A stretch of 64,000 nucleotides of DNA from the human T2T-CHM13v2.0 reference genome, Homo sapiens, in the NCBI RefSeq assembly GCF_009914755.1, contig NC_060926.1; one strand, given 5' to 3'. Shown here one piece after another: positions 41,516-54,576 of this stretch. The notes under the pieces are model-generated. The model saw nothing but the letters and a program-made list of their open reading frames with translations, made no database searches and was not told the DNA's origin. Within the stretch, counting starts at the first letter, position 1. The number at the start of each line of letters is the position of its first letter. Position numbers and translations under genes: made by a program.

Positions 41516-42061
41516 CTGGGAAGTCCAAGATTGAGGTACTAGAAGATTCAATATTGTATTAGTTCATTCTCGCATTGCTGTAAAGTCTCGCATTACCTGA
41601 GACTGGGTAATTTATTTTTTTAAAAAAAGAGGTTTAATTGGCTCACAGTTCCACAGGCTGTATAAGAAGCATGAGTGGGGAGGCCTCAGAAAACTCACAG
41701 TCATGGCGGAAGGTGAAGAGTAAGAAGGCTCATCCTACATGGCTGGAGCAAGAGGAAGAGAGAACAAAGAAGGAGGTGTCACACACTTTCATACAACCAG
41801 ATCTCATAAGAACTCTGTCACAAGACAGCACTAGGGAGATGGTACTAAACCATTAGAAACCACCCCCGTGATCCAGTCGCCTCCCATCAGGCCCCACCTC
41901 CAACACTGAAGATTACAATTCAACATCAGATTTGGGTGATGACACAGAACCAAACCATATCAAGTATCTAGTGAAGACCCTCTTCCTGGTTTGCAGATGG
42001 CTGTCTTCTTGCTGTATCTTGCTGTATGGCAGAGAGAGAAGCTCTGGTGTTTTTTTTTCTC
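41516..42061 (-). mobile_element. Partial MLT1A-like segment (~130 bp) split by an MST LTR
   Basis: 41516-41554 plus 41968-42061 is the reverse complement of 40608-40737. Confidence 0.8.
41555..41962 (-). mobile_element. MaLR solo LTR (MSTA/MSTB-like)
   Basis: TGTATTAGTTCATTCTCGCATTGCT...TACCTGAGACTGGGTAATTTAT...CCAAACCATATCA; 5-bp TSD AATAT/AGTAT. Confidence 0.92.
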
Positions 42062-42141
42062 GGGTTATGGTAATGAGAAAGAAAAGGAAGGAACAGAAAT
42101 GAAAGCATTATGGTACAGTAGCTCTGGTTAGGCCTTATAAG

Positions 42142-42449
<308 letters not shown>

Positions 42450-42809
42450 GGCCTTAGAAATTTTCAAGCTGCCCAGAAACTTCTGATACATAGCCGGACA
42501 TGGTGAAAAGTTTGAGACTAGGGAGGTACTGATACCACACGGTGACATTAATGACGACATGACTCCTGGACAGAGGGCTCAGTGGTCAAAGGGAACCAGA
42601 AAATGGGAGGTTACTATGATAAAATCTTACGTTTAATTATTGTAAGATAGAACATTAGAACAAAATGAAAATTCAGTGTAATAAATCCACAGAGAATGTA
42701 ATAAATTGGACAACTCTGTATTGACTGGAAATGGAGCCAGAGATTCGGATGGGGGCTGTTAACATTGTTTAGTACAAAATGTGTTTATATCTTTATCAGG
42801 TTATAATAC

Positions 42810-43109
42810 TTTTTTTTTTTTTTTGGAGACAGAGTCTCGCTGTGTCACCCAGGCTAAAGTGCAGTGGTATGATCTTGGCTCACTGCAACCTCTGCTTCCT
42901 GGGTTCAAGAGATTCTCGTGCCTCAGCCTCCCGATTAACTGGAATTACAGGCACACACCGACACACCCAGCTCATTTTTGAATTTATTTAGTAGAGACAG
43001 GGTTTCACCATGTTGGCTAGGCTGTTCTTGAACTCCTGGCCTCAAGTGATCTGCCCACCTCGGCCTTCCAAAGTGCTGGGATTACAGGTGTGGGCCACTG
43101 CACCCAGCC
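42810..43109 (-). mobile_element. Alu SINE, AluS-type (Sx/Sz-like)
   Basis: Full dimer; TSD CAGGTTATAAT. Confidence 0.93.
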
Positions 43110-44741
43110 CAGGTTATAATGCATTTTAAGTTTTACCTCATGTATTTAGGGGACAGTATTAATGTATAAAAAAAGTGATATAACACAAACTCTATCCACC
43201 TCTGTTCTCTTTCTTCATATCACTCCTTATCCTGAACTGTGAAAATCTCTGTGTATTTTTTAAAGAGTGAAACAAACACCTTTTCAAAAGACCTTCCAGT
43301 GATATACTTTGTTCTACGCCGTTTCTGCCTCATGACCTACCACTGCACAGTGTACAGAAATGTTTTGTGCTTCTGTGTTAAACAAACTGGATGGAAGTCA
43401 CTCTGCCATAGTCAAAGGAACAGCATAATTATCCTTTTCTCTCTCCTTTCCCTCCAGAGAGAATTCAAATAGTCACCAATAATGAATACATTTTTTAAAA
43501 GATCAAATCAGGCTAATCCAAAAAGTAAATACATAGACAATGGCATTAAATGGGAATTGCATCAAGTACTTGTCAAGATAGCCAATAAATGGTAGCCTCT
43601 CCACCAACACCACCATCCACCATTTGAGAAGGACAAGAGGTAGAAAAAAAAATTGTTGCAATTTTAAAATAAAGTTCATTTATGTTTGCTGCCCACCTCA
43701 GTTCTCCCACAGGCAACAAATTCATTTCCATTAGGTCCTGTCAGAGTACAGACTGTTTCCCAAAAGGGGTACAGAGAGGTTACAAAGTAACTTTCAGGAG
43801 TATTTTTTGCTTATTGTGGGAGGAGAGAGGGAGAGTAGGCAAAGAACTCTGGGAACAAAATTGTCTCTCCCACTAATTCTATCAATTAGAGATTCAAAGT
43901 AGTTAATGAGCTGTTCTTTTAAAGTGTAAAGGTCTTATAGGGTTATGCTTCATTTGCACCTGAATGTCATTAAACAAATAATCAAGATTAGCTAAATTTC
44001 AAGGCAGAAAAGCCTGTGGCAGGGGCAGGAGATTTGAAGAGCTTTATAGAGGAGTAATGGAAGAGGCAGCCGGACCCCTGACAGCCAAAGACCCATGGGG
44101 CAGTGAGTATCTGAAGGTACGGAAGAAACGGCAGGTGGCAGCAAGATTTCAAAAGGGAAAAGGGCAGTGGCCAAGCTCAGTGTAGACATTTTTGTTCAGA
44201 AGTCAGAGAGCAATGGGTGTGTGCCACTCATATTCCAGCGTGACTTTTAGATGACTACTTTAAGATATTCAGACATAAGAGTTTCCCTTATTTGCATACA
44301 AAATTATAATCCTTACAACTTGCAAGTTAGATATTATATCCTCATTTCACAATTGAGGAAACTTGCACACAGAGAAATTATATAGCTTGATCAAAGTCCC
44401 ACTAAGTCTTGTAGATATAAGGGCAAAATTTGACCATAAAAACTTTTTACCACAAAACATGCCTTGCTTTCAAGGATAGCCTCTACACTTGCAGGTTACA
44501 AATCTCATTTTCATTCTACTGGGTTCAATCATCCTGGGCTAGAGCTGAATGGACTTTCTAGTTCAACTCAATGTCTTTCTAGTCAACCTATGCCCTTTTA
44601 CAGGAGTGGGTCAAAAATTAGAAAGAACTCAAACTTTGGATTCCAACACACGGGTTCACAGCTCAGCACTGCCACTTACATGCTATGTAGCTGTTAGCAT
44701 ATTTCCATTTTGTAACATAGATGATTGTACGTAACTTACAG

Positions 44742-47503
44742 TATTCTTGGTGGATTATCTGCTCCTGCATAAAAAAAAAATCACCTCACATTGTAATAAC
44801 TTAGAAATGATATGTATTTCACTCATAATTTTGTAATGTGATCAGGTATGTTAAAGATAACTTATCTCTGCTCCACTCAGTGTCTGGGGCAGCTTGAAGG
44901 CTGAGAACAAGCATCATCTGAAGTCTCAGTTACTCAGAAGCCAGGCAATTGATTCCAGCTGTTGTTTGAGATCTTAGCTGGTACTGACAACCAGAACATT
45001 TACACTTGGCCTCTCCCTGTAGCTTGGGCTTCCTCACAACATGGGGCCCAGATTTCAAAGGCAAGCATTCCAAGACAAAGAGCAGTTAGGTGGCAGCTCT
45101 ATTTATTTTTATGATTTAGCCTCAGGAGTCACACAGCATCACTTTTGCAGCATTATATTCTTTGAAATAGTCACAAAGACCTACCCAGGATTCAGGGGGT
45201 GGGACATGTATCCATTAAAGGGGGAGTGGCAAGGTTCTGTAAGAGCATTGAGATCAAAAGTATTGTGGAGGTCTTTATTGGAAATTAAAATCTGCCACTA
45301 TCCACTTTCAGGAGACAACAATTCACATCTCTTCCACATGCAAATACACTTAACCCTTTCCCCAAGCCCATCAAGCTTGAGGTTCAGGATCCTGTCATCT
45401 AAATCAGATGAAGTTCCTTGAATGTGATTCCTTAAGTTTAGCCCTTTGAATGTCATTCCTCTTGAAATGGAGATCTGTGAACTAAAAGATGATTCATCTA
45501 CTCCACACACACCTGACATGCAATGTGATAGATTGAAGAAAACCATTAAGAGTATTCACATTCAATAAGGAGAAAACAGATGAAATACAGCGGGTACTGA
45601 ATCATTCTGACATATAGCCATGTACATATTTCCATTTCCTTCATTAGGAATCAGTCCTGCTACCTAGGAATTCTCCATAACTCTTTACTCTGCCTTTTGA
45701 GCTGTTTGACCCACTGACTTATCTTTCCCATTTCATAAAATGTAAGTTGTCTTTGTAGTTAAAGTTTTCTTGGTCTGCTTCCTGCTCATGGAAATTTAGG
45801 AGTTAAAATCCTCTTTTAATTTTGTTCTGTCTCCATCCTTTTCAATACTAGATGCTAAAATTCCTTTAAACACTTTGTGGATTTCTTATGAATCAATTTA
45901 TAATCCACTCCATTAGACAAAAGCCACATGCCCAAATCCCACAGAGATAAGACTTTTTCTAACTTTGGCTCTTTTTAAGAATGCTTCCCTTAAGATTTTG
46001 AGAAACGCTATTGTTATATGGAAGTAGTCTGTGAAACACCCCTTAAGGTCATTAGTGGGCTTTTTTCTGTTCAAAATGGTCTAAAATACACTATCTCAAA
46101 ACTTTATGAGGCCTTAACAAAAGGTTTTATCTTTAGACCATGTTTTCCTGACAGCACCCTGGATTTGATCTCTGCTCAGAAGCCACATCTTAATTTTAGC
46201 ATCATTTGCCATCTGGAGAGGCTGGGAATGAGAAACAGTTTTCTTTTCCAACCTAGCAAGTCCTGGAGACTTTATATATAACAGTGCTTTCTTTAGCTCA
46301 TCTCTCTTCCTTGCATTTTACTACAGGCAGCTAGGAAGCAGACAGAAGGCAAAGCACTTTCAACCCTCTTTCTGCAAAACTCTTTAGCTAGAATATAGGT
46401 ATATTTCCTATTTTCCATTTTACTGCAGGAGACATTATTGCTAAGCTTTCTGCCACTACATGAGTCCCCTTTCCTCCAGCTTCCAAAAACATTTTCCTCT
46501 CTTTTCTTCAAGTTCTCACCAACAGCCTTTTCAAGGTCACCAGGCTTCCTCTGATAGCTTCCTTGATCTCTTTTAAGTTTTCAGTAACACTCCCCTAAAG
46601 ACATTTCCCATTTCCACCTGCCTCTGACCCTAAAGCTATTGCCACATGTATTAGGTTTAGTTTTAGCTACGCTTCAATTCCTGGAACCAAATGTGATCCA
46701 GCTATCTACTGCTGCCAATAAAATCACCCTAAAACTTAATGAATTGAAAGCATGACACTTATTTTGCTCAGAAACCTGCAATTTGAGGAGTATTCTGTGT
46801 GGATTGCTCATCTCTGCTCAACTCAGCCTTAGCAGGGGCACTTCAAAAACTGAAGGCTAAATTCACATTTTGTCTCTGCTCCATGATATTTGAGACCTCA
46901 GTGGGTAGACTTAATATCTGTGGATAACTTGTAGGCTATGACCTGAAATCCTCTGAAGGCTTGTTCACACTCATGTCTAATGGTCGATACTGGATGTTGG
47001 CTGAGATCTTACTGGGGCTGTTGGCCAGAACACCTACATATAAAGTCTATGTGTCCTGGGCTTCCAAACAACATGGGTGGCAGGTTTCCAAGAACGTGAG
47101 AGAAGTAGTGAGCCAGGAAGAAGTACTGCCTTTTATGAATTAGCCTCAGTAGTCATGTATATGGACATAGAGTGTGGAATAATAGACACTGGAGACTCAG
47201 AAGGGTGGGAGGGTAAAGGCAGGGGTGAGGGATAAGAAATAACTAAATGGGTACAATGTACATTATTTGGGTGACGGTTACACTAACAGCCCAGACTTCA
47301 CCACTAAACAATAAATCCATGTAACAAAACTGCACTTGTACCCCTTAGATTTATATATTTTAAAGTCATGTATGGCACTTCTGAAGCATTCTTTTTATTG
47401 AGACAGTAACACAGGACCCATAAGTTCAGGTGGTAGTATTTTAGAAGAGCACGTGAGACTAAAAATATTGTTTCTGCCATTTTTGGATAAAACAATCCAT
47501 GTC
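44742..47503 (-). mobile_element. MaLR element LTR-internal-LTR (MLT1F/G/H-like)
   Basis: Two homologous LTRs (~44742-45300 and ~46693-47503; shared TCTCTGCTC(C/A)ACTCAG, TGAGATCTTA, CCAGAACA, GGGCTTCC..ACAACATGG, TAGCCTCAG.AGTCA) around a ~1.4-kb internal region ending CCTGGAACCAAA. Confidence 0.8.
47161..47363 (+). mobile_element. L1 3'-end fragment (L1PB/L1MA-like) inserted in the MLT1 LTR
   Basis: L1 3' UTR; 10-bp TSD AGTCATGTAT at 47151-47160 and 47364-47373. Confidence 0.9.
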
Positions 47504-47548
47504 AAAAAAGGTTAAATGAAATAATGTACATTAAGAAAGAGATGCTCA

Positions 47549-47681
47549 ACTGGGCACGGTTGCAGATCCCTTGATCCTAGGAGTTTGAGTCCAGCCTGTG
47601 TGACACAGCAAGACTCACCTGAGACTAGCCTGTGTGACATAGCAAGACTCACCTCGTTAAAAAAAAAAAAAAAAAAAAAAA
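47549..47681 (+). mobile_element. FLAM / Alu-monomer fragment with internal tandem duplication
   Basis: CTGGGCACGGT...AGGAGTTTGAGTCCAGCCTG..., long A tail, degenerate TSD AGATGCTCA/AGATACTTA. Confidence 0.75.
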
Positions 47682-50600
47682 GATACTTACCACATGTCAG
47701 TTCCCTGCCTCAAGTAAAATATACATTCCTCTTCCACCTTAATCCAAAGTATTGCCTTAACATGAAGTATATGGATGGTCTTTAAAGACATCTTAGATTG
47801 AAGGTAAAATCTCATGAGTGTAAATGTATGTATACTTTTTTTCAATGTTGATCAAACCCATCAAGTTCTTAAAATATCAGTGACCAGGAAAAAATAGATA
47901 TTTCTATGGTCTGTATCATTGAGAAGAGTATTTTTAAAATATATTTTAGGAAAGTGACCTATTTTCTGTAATGCTGAAGGTCAACTTTACAGATGTTTCC
48001 TTCAGAAAAATTAGCAGGTGAAAAAAAGTCACATCAATACAAAAAAGGTTAAATTAAAATTTTTTTTCTAATCCAATAGATACAAATTGCATATACTTAA
48101 GCAAACACACATTCTCTCTTTGTTCCATCTTGCCCTTAAATAAGCTCTCTCAACTGAAACAGAAATCAGTTTGCAGTAATGCAGCATTCCTATTTCATTA
48201 GAGTGGGCATGAAAGAAGCTACATTATGATGGAACTAAAAGCCACTGGTGATTGCGTCGATCTGCCCCTAAGAGTGGTTCTTTCTCAAATTTCAATATAC
48301 AAGCTCTGCTTTCATGAAGCCTCAAAAGAGCCTGAATGTAGCTTTATGCTACATTTATATGAGTCATAATTCAGAGGTGACCGAGCCATGTGAAGGAGGA
48401 AGTAATGAAGCAAAACTCTTCCTCTTCTAAACCAGCCCTAAGCACTACTGTCCTCATTATCTACTGCTTCTTGAGTAACCAAGACTGGAAAATGGAAGAA
48501 TACACAAAACTGGAAAGAAAAAGAAGAAAAAGTGGGAGTAAGAAAAGGAGGCACAGTGTCACATTGGGGGCATATCAAGCATCTGCCCCTCCAGCCCCTA
48601 ACATGCCAGAGGGAGGGAAAATGTAACTATCAGAAAGAAAATAGAAATGTTGAAAGTATATATAACTACCTACATTCATTCTGAATAAAAATCTATGATA
48701 ATCTGTAAAAACTGCAAATTTCCTAGATAACTAACCTTAAACATACAAGGAACATAGGCACTATAAAAAATATTATATTCCAACCATTCCTACAGTGAGA
48801 TTGATCATTGCAGGGGTAATTGTGTAGACGTATGAACGGCTTACAAGTAGTCCATCCCTGAAAAGTTGTTATCATTCAGCACCTTGAACTATATGTTGAG
48901 GGGTTCCCTCAATATGAATAAATGATTGTGAAACTCTTTTAATCTCTCTCCCTCTCATGCTCTTTCTCTGTCTGTCTCTGTCATATGAACACATTTTAAT
49001 AAATTGGTCATGTCCAAAATTTTATTTTAGGCATTTATTACTCTGTTGCACTTGACTTGATTCAGTCTCAAAAGACCTAGTCCATAGAATAAATAAGCTT
49101 TTAAATCAGTAATTGAATAAACAAAATATAACACATTAAAAATCTTACAAATTAAAACAGGGACTTCTGCTTCCATCCATGACAGGCTATCTGGTACTAA
49201 AATTGCCCTCCTGCCATAAACAGCTAAAAATCAGGAGAAAAAAAAGATATATACATATGAATGAAACATATATATATGTATAACATATGTGTGAAATATA
49301 TGTGTGAAATACGTGTGAAATATATATATATAACTATATATATACACATATAAAATAAAACTCAGGCATTTAACAACAGGTGGCAGCATAGGATTATAAT
49401 CCCTAAAATAAGGGAAACACCGAGCCCCACTATTGCCCAGGGTCTTTCTTTTCCTAGAGGCACTTCTTGAAAGATTGTGAGGAGAAAGGCTGAACCAAGC
49501 TAAGCTATCACATGGCAGTCTTGCTAAGTGAAGGAGACAGATATTGAAGTTTGACAAGTCTAAGATAACTGGTATTTGCAGAACCAGAGGGAGCTTCACA
49601 AGGAAGCAACTTTGAAACTCTGCAGTGAGGTACCCTTGAGTCTTTTTCTAAATGCTACGTAGTACCTACTTAGGAGAACCTTCATGAAACAAAGCAAAGA
49701 ACAATTTTTGAGAAGCAGTAAAAAGAACAATCCCCAGAGTTCACACAGAGTTTGGGAGATGTCTGTGTACTGACCAAGAAGAATGTAGAGAGTTTACTGA
49801 AACCTGGGGCATTCAGTTGAAATCCAGGAGGATTACACCTTTGTAGTAAGATTAAACTAGTCCTAGCGTTAAAGCTACTCTAGACCTTCCCTTACAAAAC
49901 TTAAAAACAACACTTAAAAGGAGCAAACTATTCTTCAGTGCTCTTAGATGCCTTCCAAATCAAACTTCAACTCTCCTGAAAGGATGGCAATAAGATCCAG
50001 ATACTCAATAATGTAACCTTTACAATGTCCAGTGTCTAATAATAAATTACTGGGTATGCAAAGAGAAAAAATATAATTCATAAATGAAAGGGCAGTTTTA
50101 AAAAAACAGACTCAGAGAAAGACAAAGATTTGAAAATAGCTATTATAAATATGGTCAAGCACTAAAGCAAATATAGAAATAGTAAACAAATGGAAGCTAT
50201 ATAAAAGAGACAAGTGATACTTCTAGGGCTAAGAAATACAGTATCCAAAATGAAAACTTCACTGGAAGGGTATATTAGGAGATTTTAAAATGCAAAATAA
50301 AGGAGTAATAAACTTTAATAAATAAGCAATAGAAATGAATCAAATTGAAGTACAGAGAAAAAAAGAAGCTGCAGAAAAATGAGAACCTCAGTTACCTATG
50401 GAACAATATCAAGTTGTCTGATATACATGTATTTGAAGCACCCTAGAATAGAGGAAATAGTGCATGGAATAGAAAAACAACTCTGAAGACATAGTGGTGC
50501 ACAGAAATTTTGCAGATTTAATGAAAACCATAAACACACAAATCCAAGAAGTTCAGTGGAACAAAAGTAGGATAAAAACAAACAAAAAGCACACCTAAGC

Positions 50601-51439
50601 CCATTATAATAACATTTCTGAAAACCCATCTTAAGATGGTTTTTCAGAAAAAAAAAAAATCTTAAGATGGCAAAAAAAAAAAAAGTTACAATACAAACAG
50701 AGAAAGAGAATTACTCCTGACCTTGTCAGAAACAATGCAAATTAGAAGATAAAACAATGTATTTAATGTGCTGACAAAAATAAGCCAGAAAATCCCCAAA
50801 ACTGCTTAGAATTCTATGTCCACTGAAAATATCCTTCAAAAATGAAGGTATTTTTAAACTAAAAAAAGCTGAGAGAATTTCATGCTCTATAAGGAATATT
50901 AAAAATAATCTTCTGACTGAAAAAAGTAATATCAGTCCAAACTCAGATCTATACAAAGAAGTTACAAGCATCAGCTATAGTAAATATGAGAAAAAAATGT
51001 TCATATTAAAAATATTTTCAATGTAATTTATTTAAAATGGACTGTTTAAAGCAAAAAATTACATCGCTACATTGTGAAATTTAAATAGATACAGAAATAA
51101 AATGTATGACAACCAAAATAAAAAGGACAGGAGGGAGAAAACTAAAAATACTTTGTAAGATTGTTATTATATGTAATGTGGCATAACAGTTTTTGAAGGT
51201 AGATTATGATAAGTTAAAAATGTATATTGTAAATCATAAAACACACCCTAAAAAAAAGCAAAATCACTAATAAGTCATAGAGAAAATAAATTGGAATATT
51301 AAAAATAATGAACTAATCAAAAACAAGAAAAAGTAAAAAAAAAAGGAGATGAGCAAAGTGGAAAAAATAGTAAGGTAATAAAATTAAAATTAATTATGTT
51401 GATAATTATGTTAACTATAAATGGTCTGTACACTCCAAT

Positions 51440-51720
51440 TTTTTTTTATTTTTCTTTAAGTTTCAGGGATACATGTGCAGAATGTGCAGGTTTGTTACAT
51501 AGGTATACATGTGCCATGGTGGTTTGCTGTACCTATCAACCCATCATCTAGGTTTTAAGTCCCGCATGCATTAGCTATTTGTCCTGATGCTCTCCCTGCC
51601 CTCGCCCCGCAAGCCATGACAGGCGCCGGTGTGTGTCGTTCCCCTCCCTGTGTCCATGTGTTCTCATTGTTCAACTCTTGCTTCTGAATGAGAACATGCG
51701 GTGTGTGGTTTTCTGTTCCT
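51440..51720 (-). mobile_element. L1PA8-like 3'-end fragment
   Basis: GGTTTTAAGTCCCGCATGCATTAGCTATTTGTCC; TSD-like TGTACACTCCAATTTT / TGCACACGCTAATTTT. Confidence 0.88.
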
Positions 51721-52547
51721 TGCACACGCTAATTTTTAAAAGTGAAAAGTTGTCAGACTAGAGAAAAATGTAAGACCCAACTGTACACGATCTACAAGAA
51801 ATCTACTATAAATATAAGACCCATATATATTAAAGTATGGAAAAATATATACCATGCAAATACTAATCATAACAAAGCTTCAGTGGCTATATTAATATCA
51901 GATAAAGTAGCTTCAGATCAAGGAATATTATCCAACATAAAATGGGATAGTTCATAATAATAAGGGAATTCATTCATCAACAAGGCATAATAATCTAGGT
52001 GTGCATACATACGCACCTAAAAACAGTTTCAAAATACCAGAAATAAAAACTGATAAAGTGCAAGAAGAAATCAGCAAATCTATAATTATAGTTGGGAATA
52101 TCAACACCTTTCTTTCAATAATTGGTAGAATAATTAGAAATCAGGATAAAAATATTTGAACAACGCTGTCAAACAACTTGACTTTATATTTACAGAATAC
52201 TATACACAAAACTACAAATACATATTCTTTTTGAGTGCTCACAGAACACACACCAACACAAGCCATATTCTGGACCATAGAACAACTCAATAAATTGAAA
52301 AGGATAGAAACCATTCAGATTCTGAACAACTCAGGACAAAACTATCAGTAAGTAAGAGAACTAGTTTTCGACTCAGAAGATTGACTCTAGTAGCCAGGTC
52401 CACTATAACATGCTATCAGGCAAAGGAAAAACACTGCCAACTTCTGAGAAGGTGTCCCTTTTTTTTCCAGGGGCTTATTAGTCAAAATATATATGCAGCA
52501 GAATCCATACATGCAGAAATTACTCGTGCCTTTTTGACAAGTAGAAG

Positions 52548-52686
52548 GCTAATTTTTCTATTTTTAGTAGAGACTGGAATTCACCATGTTAACCAGGCTG
52601 GTCTCAAACCTCTGACCTCAAGTGATCCGCCTGCCTCAGCCTCCCAAAGTGCTGGGATTATAGGCGTGAGCCACCACGCCCGGCCA
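52548..52686 (-). mobile_element. Alu left-arm fragment (3' part missing)
   Basis: GGCTAATTTTTCTATTTTTAGTAGAGAC...GAGCCACCACGCCCGGCC; no right arm, tail or TSD. Confidence 0.9.
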
Positions 52687-53760
52687 CAAGATTTTTAAAG
52701 TTTACAAAGAATATATGGCATCTCTATTTTTCTGGGGACTAAAACTTTAATGCTTCACTGATTGAACTTAGACTTTGAGCTAAAATAATCCTCAAGCATA
52801 AATTCATTAAATTAAACATATATTTACCAATTGCTTTGTATGTCTAAGCCACAGTTCCCAGTATTGTGGATAAACGAAAGTTGTTAAGGTGAAGCCTAAG
52901 CCCTGGGGGAACTGATCTTGTAACATCAATTGTATTTCCAAACATTACCACAGTGGAAAAATTGAAAAATGAAAATTTTAAAAACACCTTTAACAATATT
53001 ATCTTAAAAGCAGGCAATACTCAGGGAGAAATTAAACAAAATAAGTGCAATACAAATAGATGGGGAGAAAACCTTCAAAATATTGTTTAAATAAATTAAA
53101 GAAGATATAAACAAATGGAGAAATATAAAATGTTTATGGATTGGAAGACTCAATATTTTTTAAGGAAATCATTCTCTCCAAATTGATCTATGACATCAAT
53201 GCAATCCCAATAAAAATCTCTCAGGGTTTTTTTTTTGTGTGTCAAAAATGACAATCTGGTTCCAAAATTTATATGGAAGTTAACAGACTTAGGATAGCAC
53301 AAAACAATTTCAAAATAGAACAACAAAGTTGGAGGACTTATACTGCATCATTTCAAGACTTACTATAAAGTGAGGATAATCCAGTGTGCAACTGACACAG
53401 CAAAGACATACAGATAAAAGAAACAGATAGGAAATATAGAAACAAACACATGACAAATCGAACTTTGATAAAAGTGCCAATATATTTAAATATGAATTTT
53501 TTTTCAACAACAGATACCGGAGCAATGAGACATCCATATGGATGTGACCTCTGTCTCACACCATATACAAAACTTAAATCAAAATGTATCAGGGATAAAA
53601 AGTTAAAGCTAAAACTGTAAAACTTCTAGAAAAAAACATGGGCTAGGATTCTTCATATTTTTGAAGTAGACAAAGATTTTTGGATAGAGCACAAAACAAA
53701 ACAAAACCACAAAGAAAAAAATTAATAAATTGGTCTTCATCAAATTTTAAAATTTCTGCT

Positions 53761-53934
53761 GGGGAGTGAGGGATAAAAGACTACAAATTGGGGTACAATG
53801 TATACTGCTTGGGTGATGGATGCACCAAAATCTCACAAATCACCACTAAAGAACTTACTCATGTAACCAAATACCACCTGCTCTGCAAAAACCTATGGAA
53901 ATAAAAAGATAATAAAATAAAAATAAATAAAATA
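53761..53934 (+). mobile_element. L1PB-like 3'-end fragment
   Basis: GAGGGATAAAAGACTACAAATTGGG...TGCACCAAAATCTCACAAATCACCACTAAAGAACTT; A-rich tail; TSD ATTTCTGCT. Confidence 0.88.
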
Positions 53935-54181
53935 ACATTTCTGCTCTTACTAAAAGGCAAATTACCAACTGCAAGAAAATATTTGCAATGCATGTACTTA
54001 ACAAGAGTACATACTGTATAATTCCATTCATATTAAATTGATTTTTCATATCAATCTTATATCTTGTGGCCTCACTGAATTAAAGTATTAATTCTAGTAG
54101 CTTTTTATTAGATTCATTAGGATTTTTTAATATACACAATTATGTCACCTGACCTCATTTACTTCTTATTTTTCAATCTCT

Positions 54182-54489
<308 letters not shown>

Positions 54490-54576
54490 CAATCTGCATT
54501 TCTTTTCTTTCTTTCTCTTACCTTATTTCACAAATTAGATCTCCAACACAAAGTTGCATAGAAGTGGTGAAAATTA

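Larger units (their letters stand above)
49160..54010 (+). mobile_element. Old, heavily decayed long L1 (L1MC/MD/ME-like): 5' end, ORF1 and ORF2 remnants
   Basis: 5' GGACTTCTGCTTCC motif; A-rich ORF1/ORF2 remnants (WKNIYHANTNHNKASVAILISDKV endonuclease motif at ~51840-51910). Confidence 0.8.
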
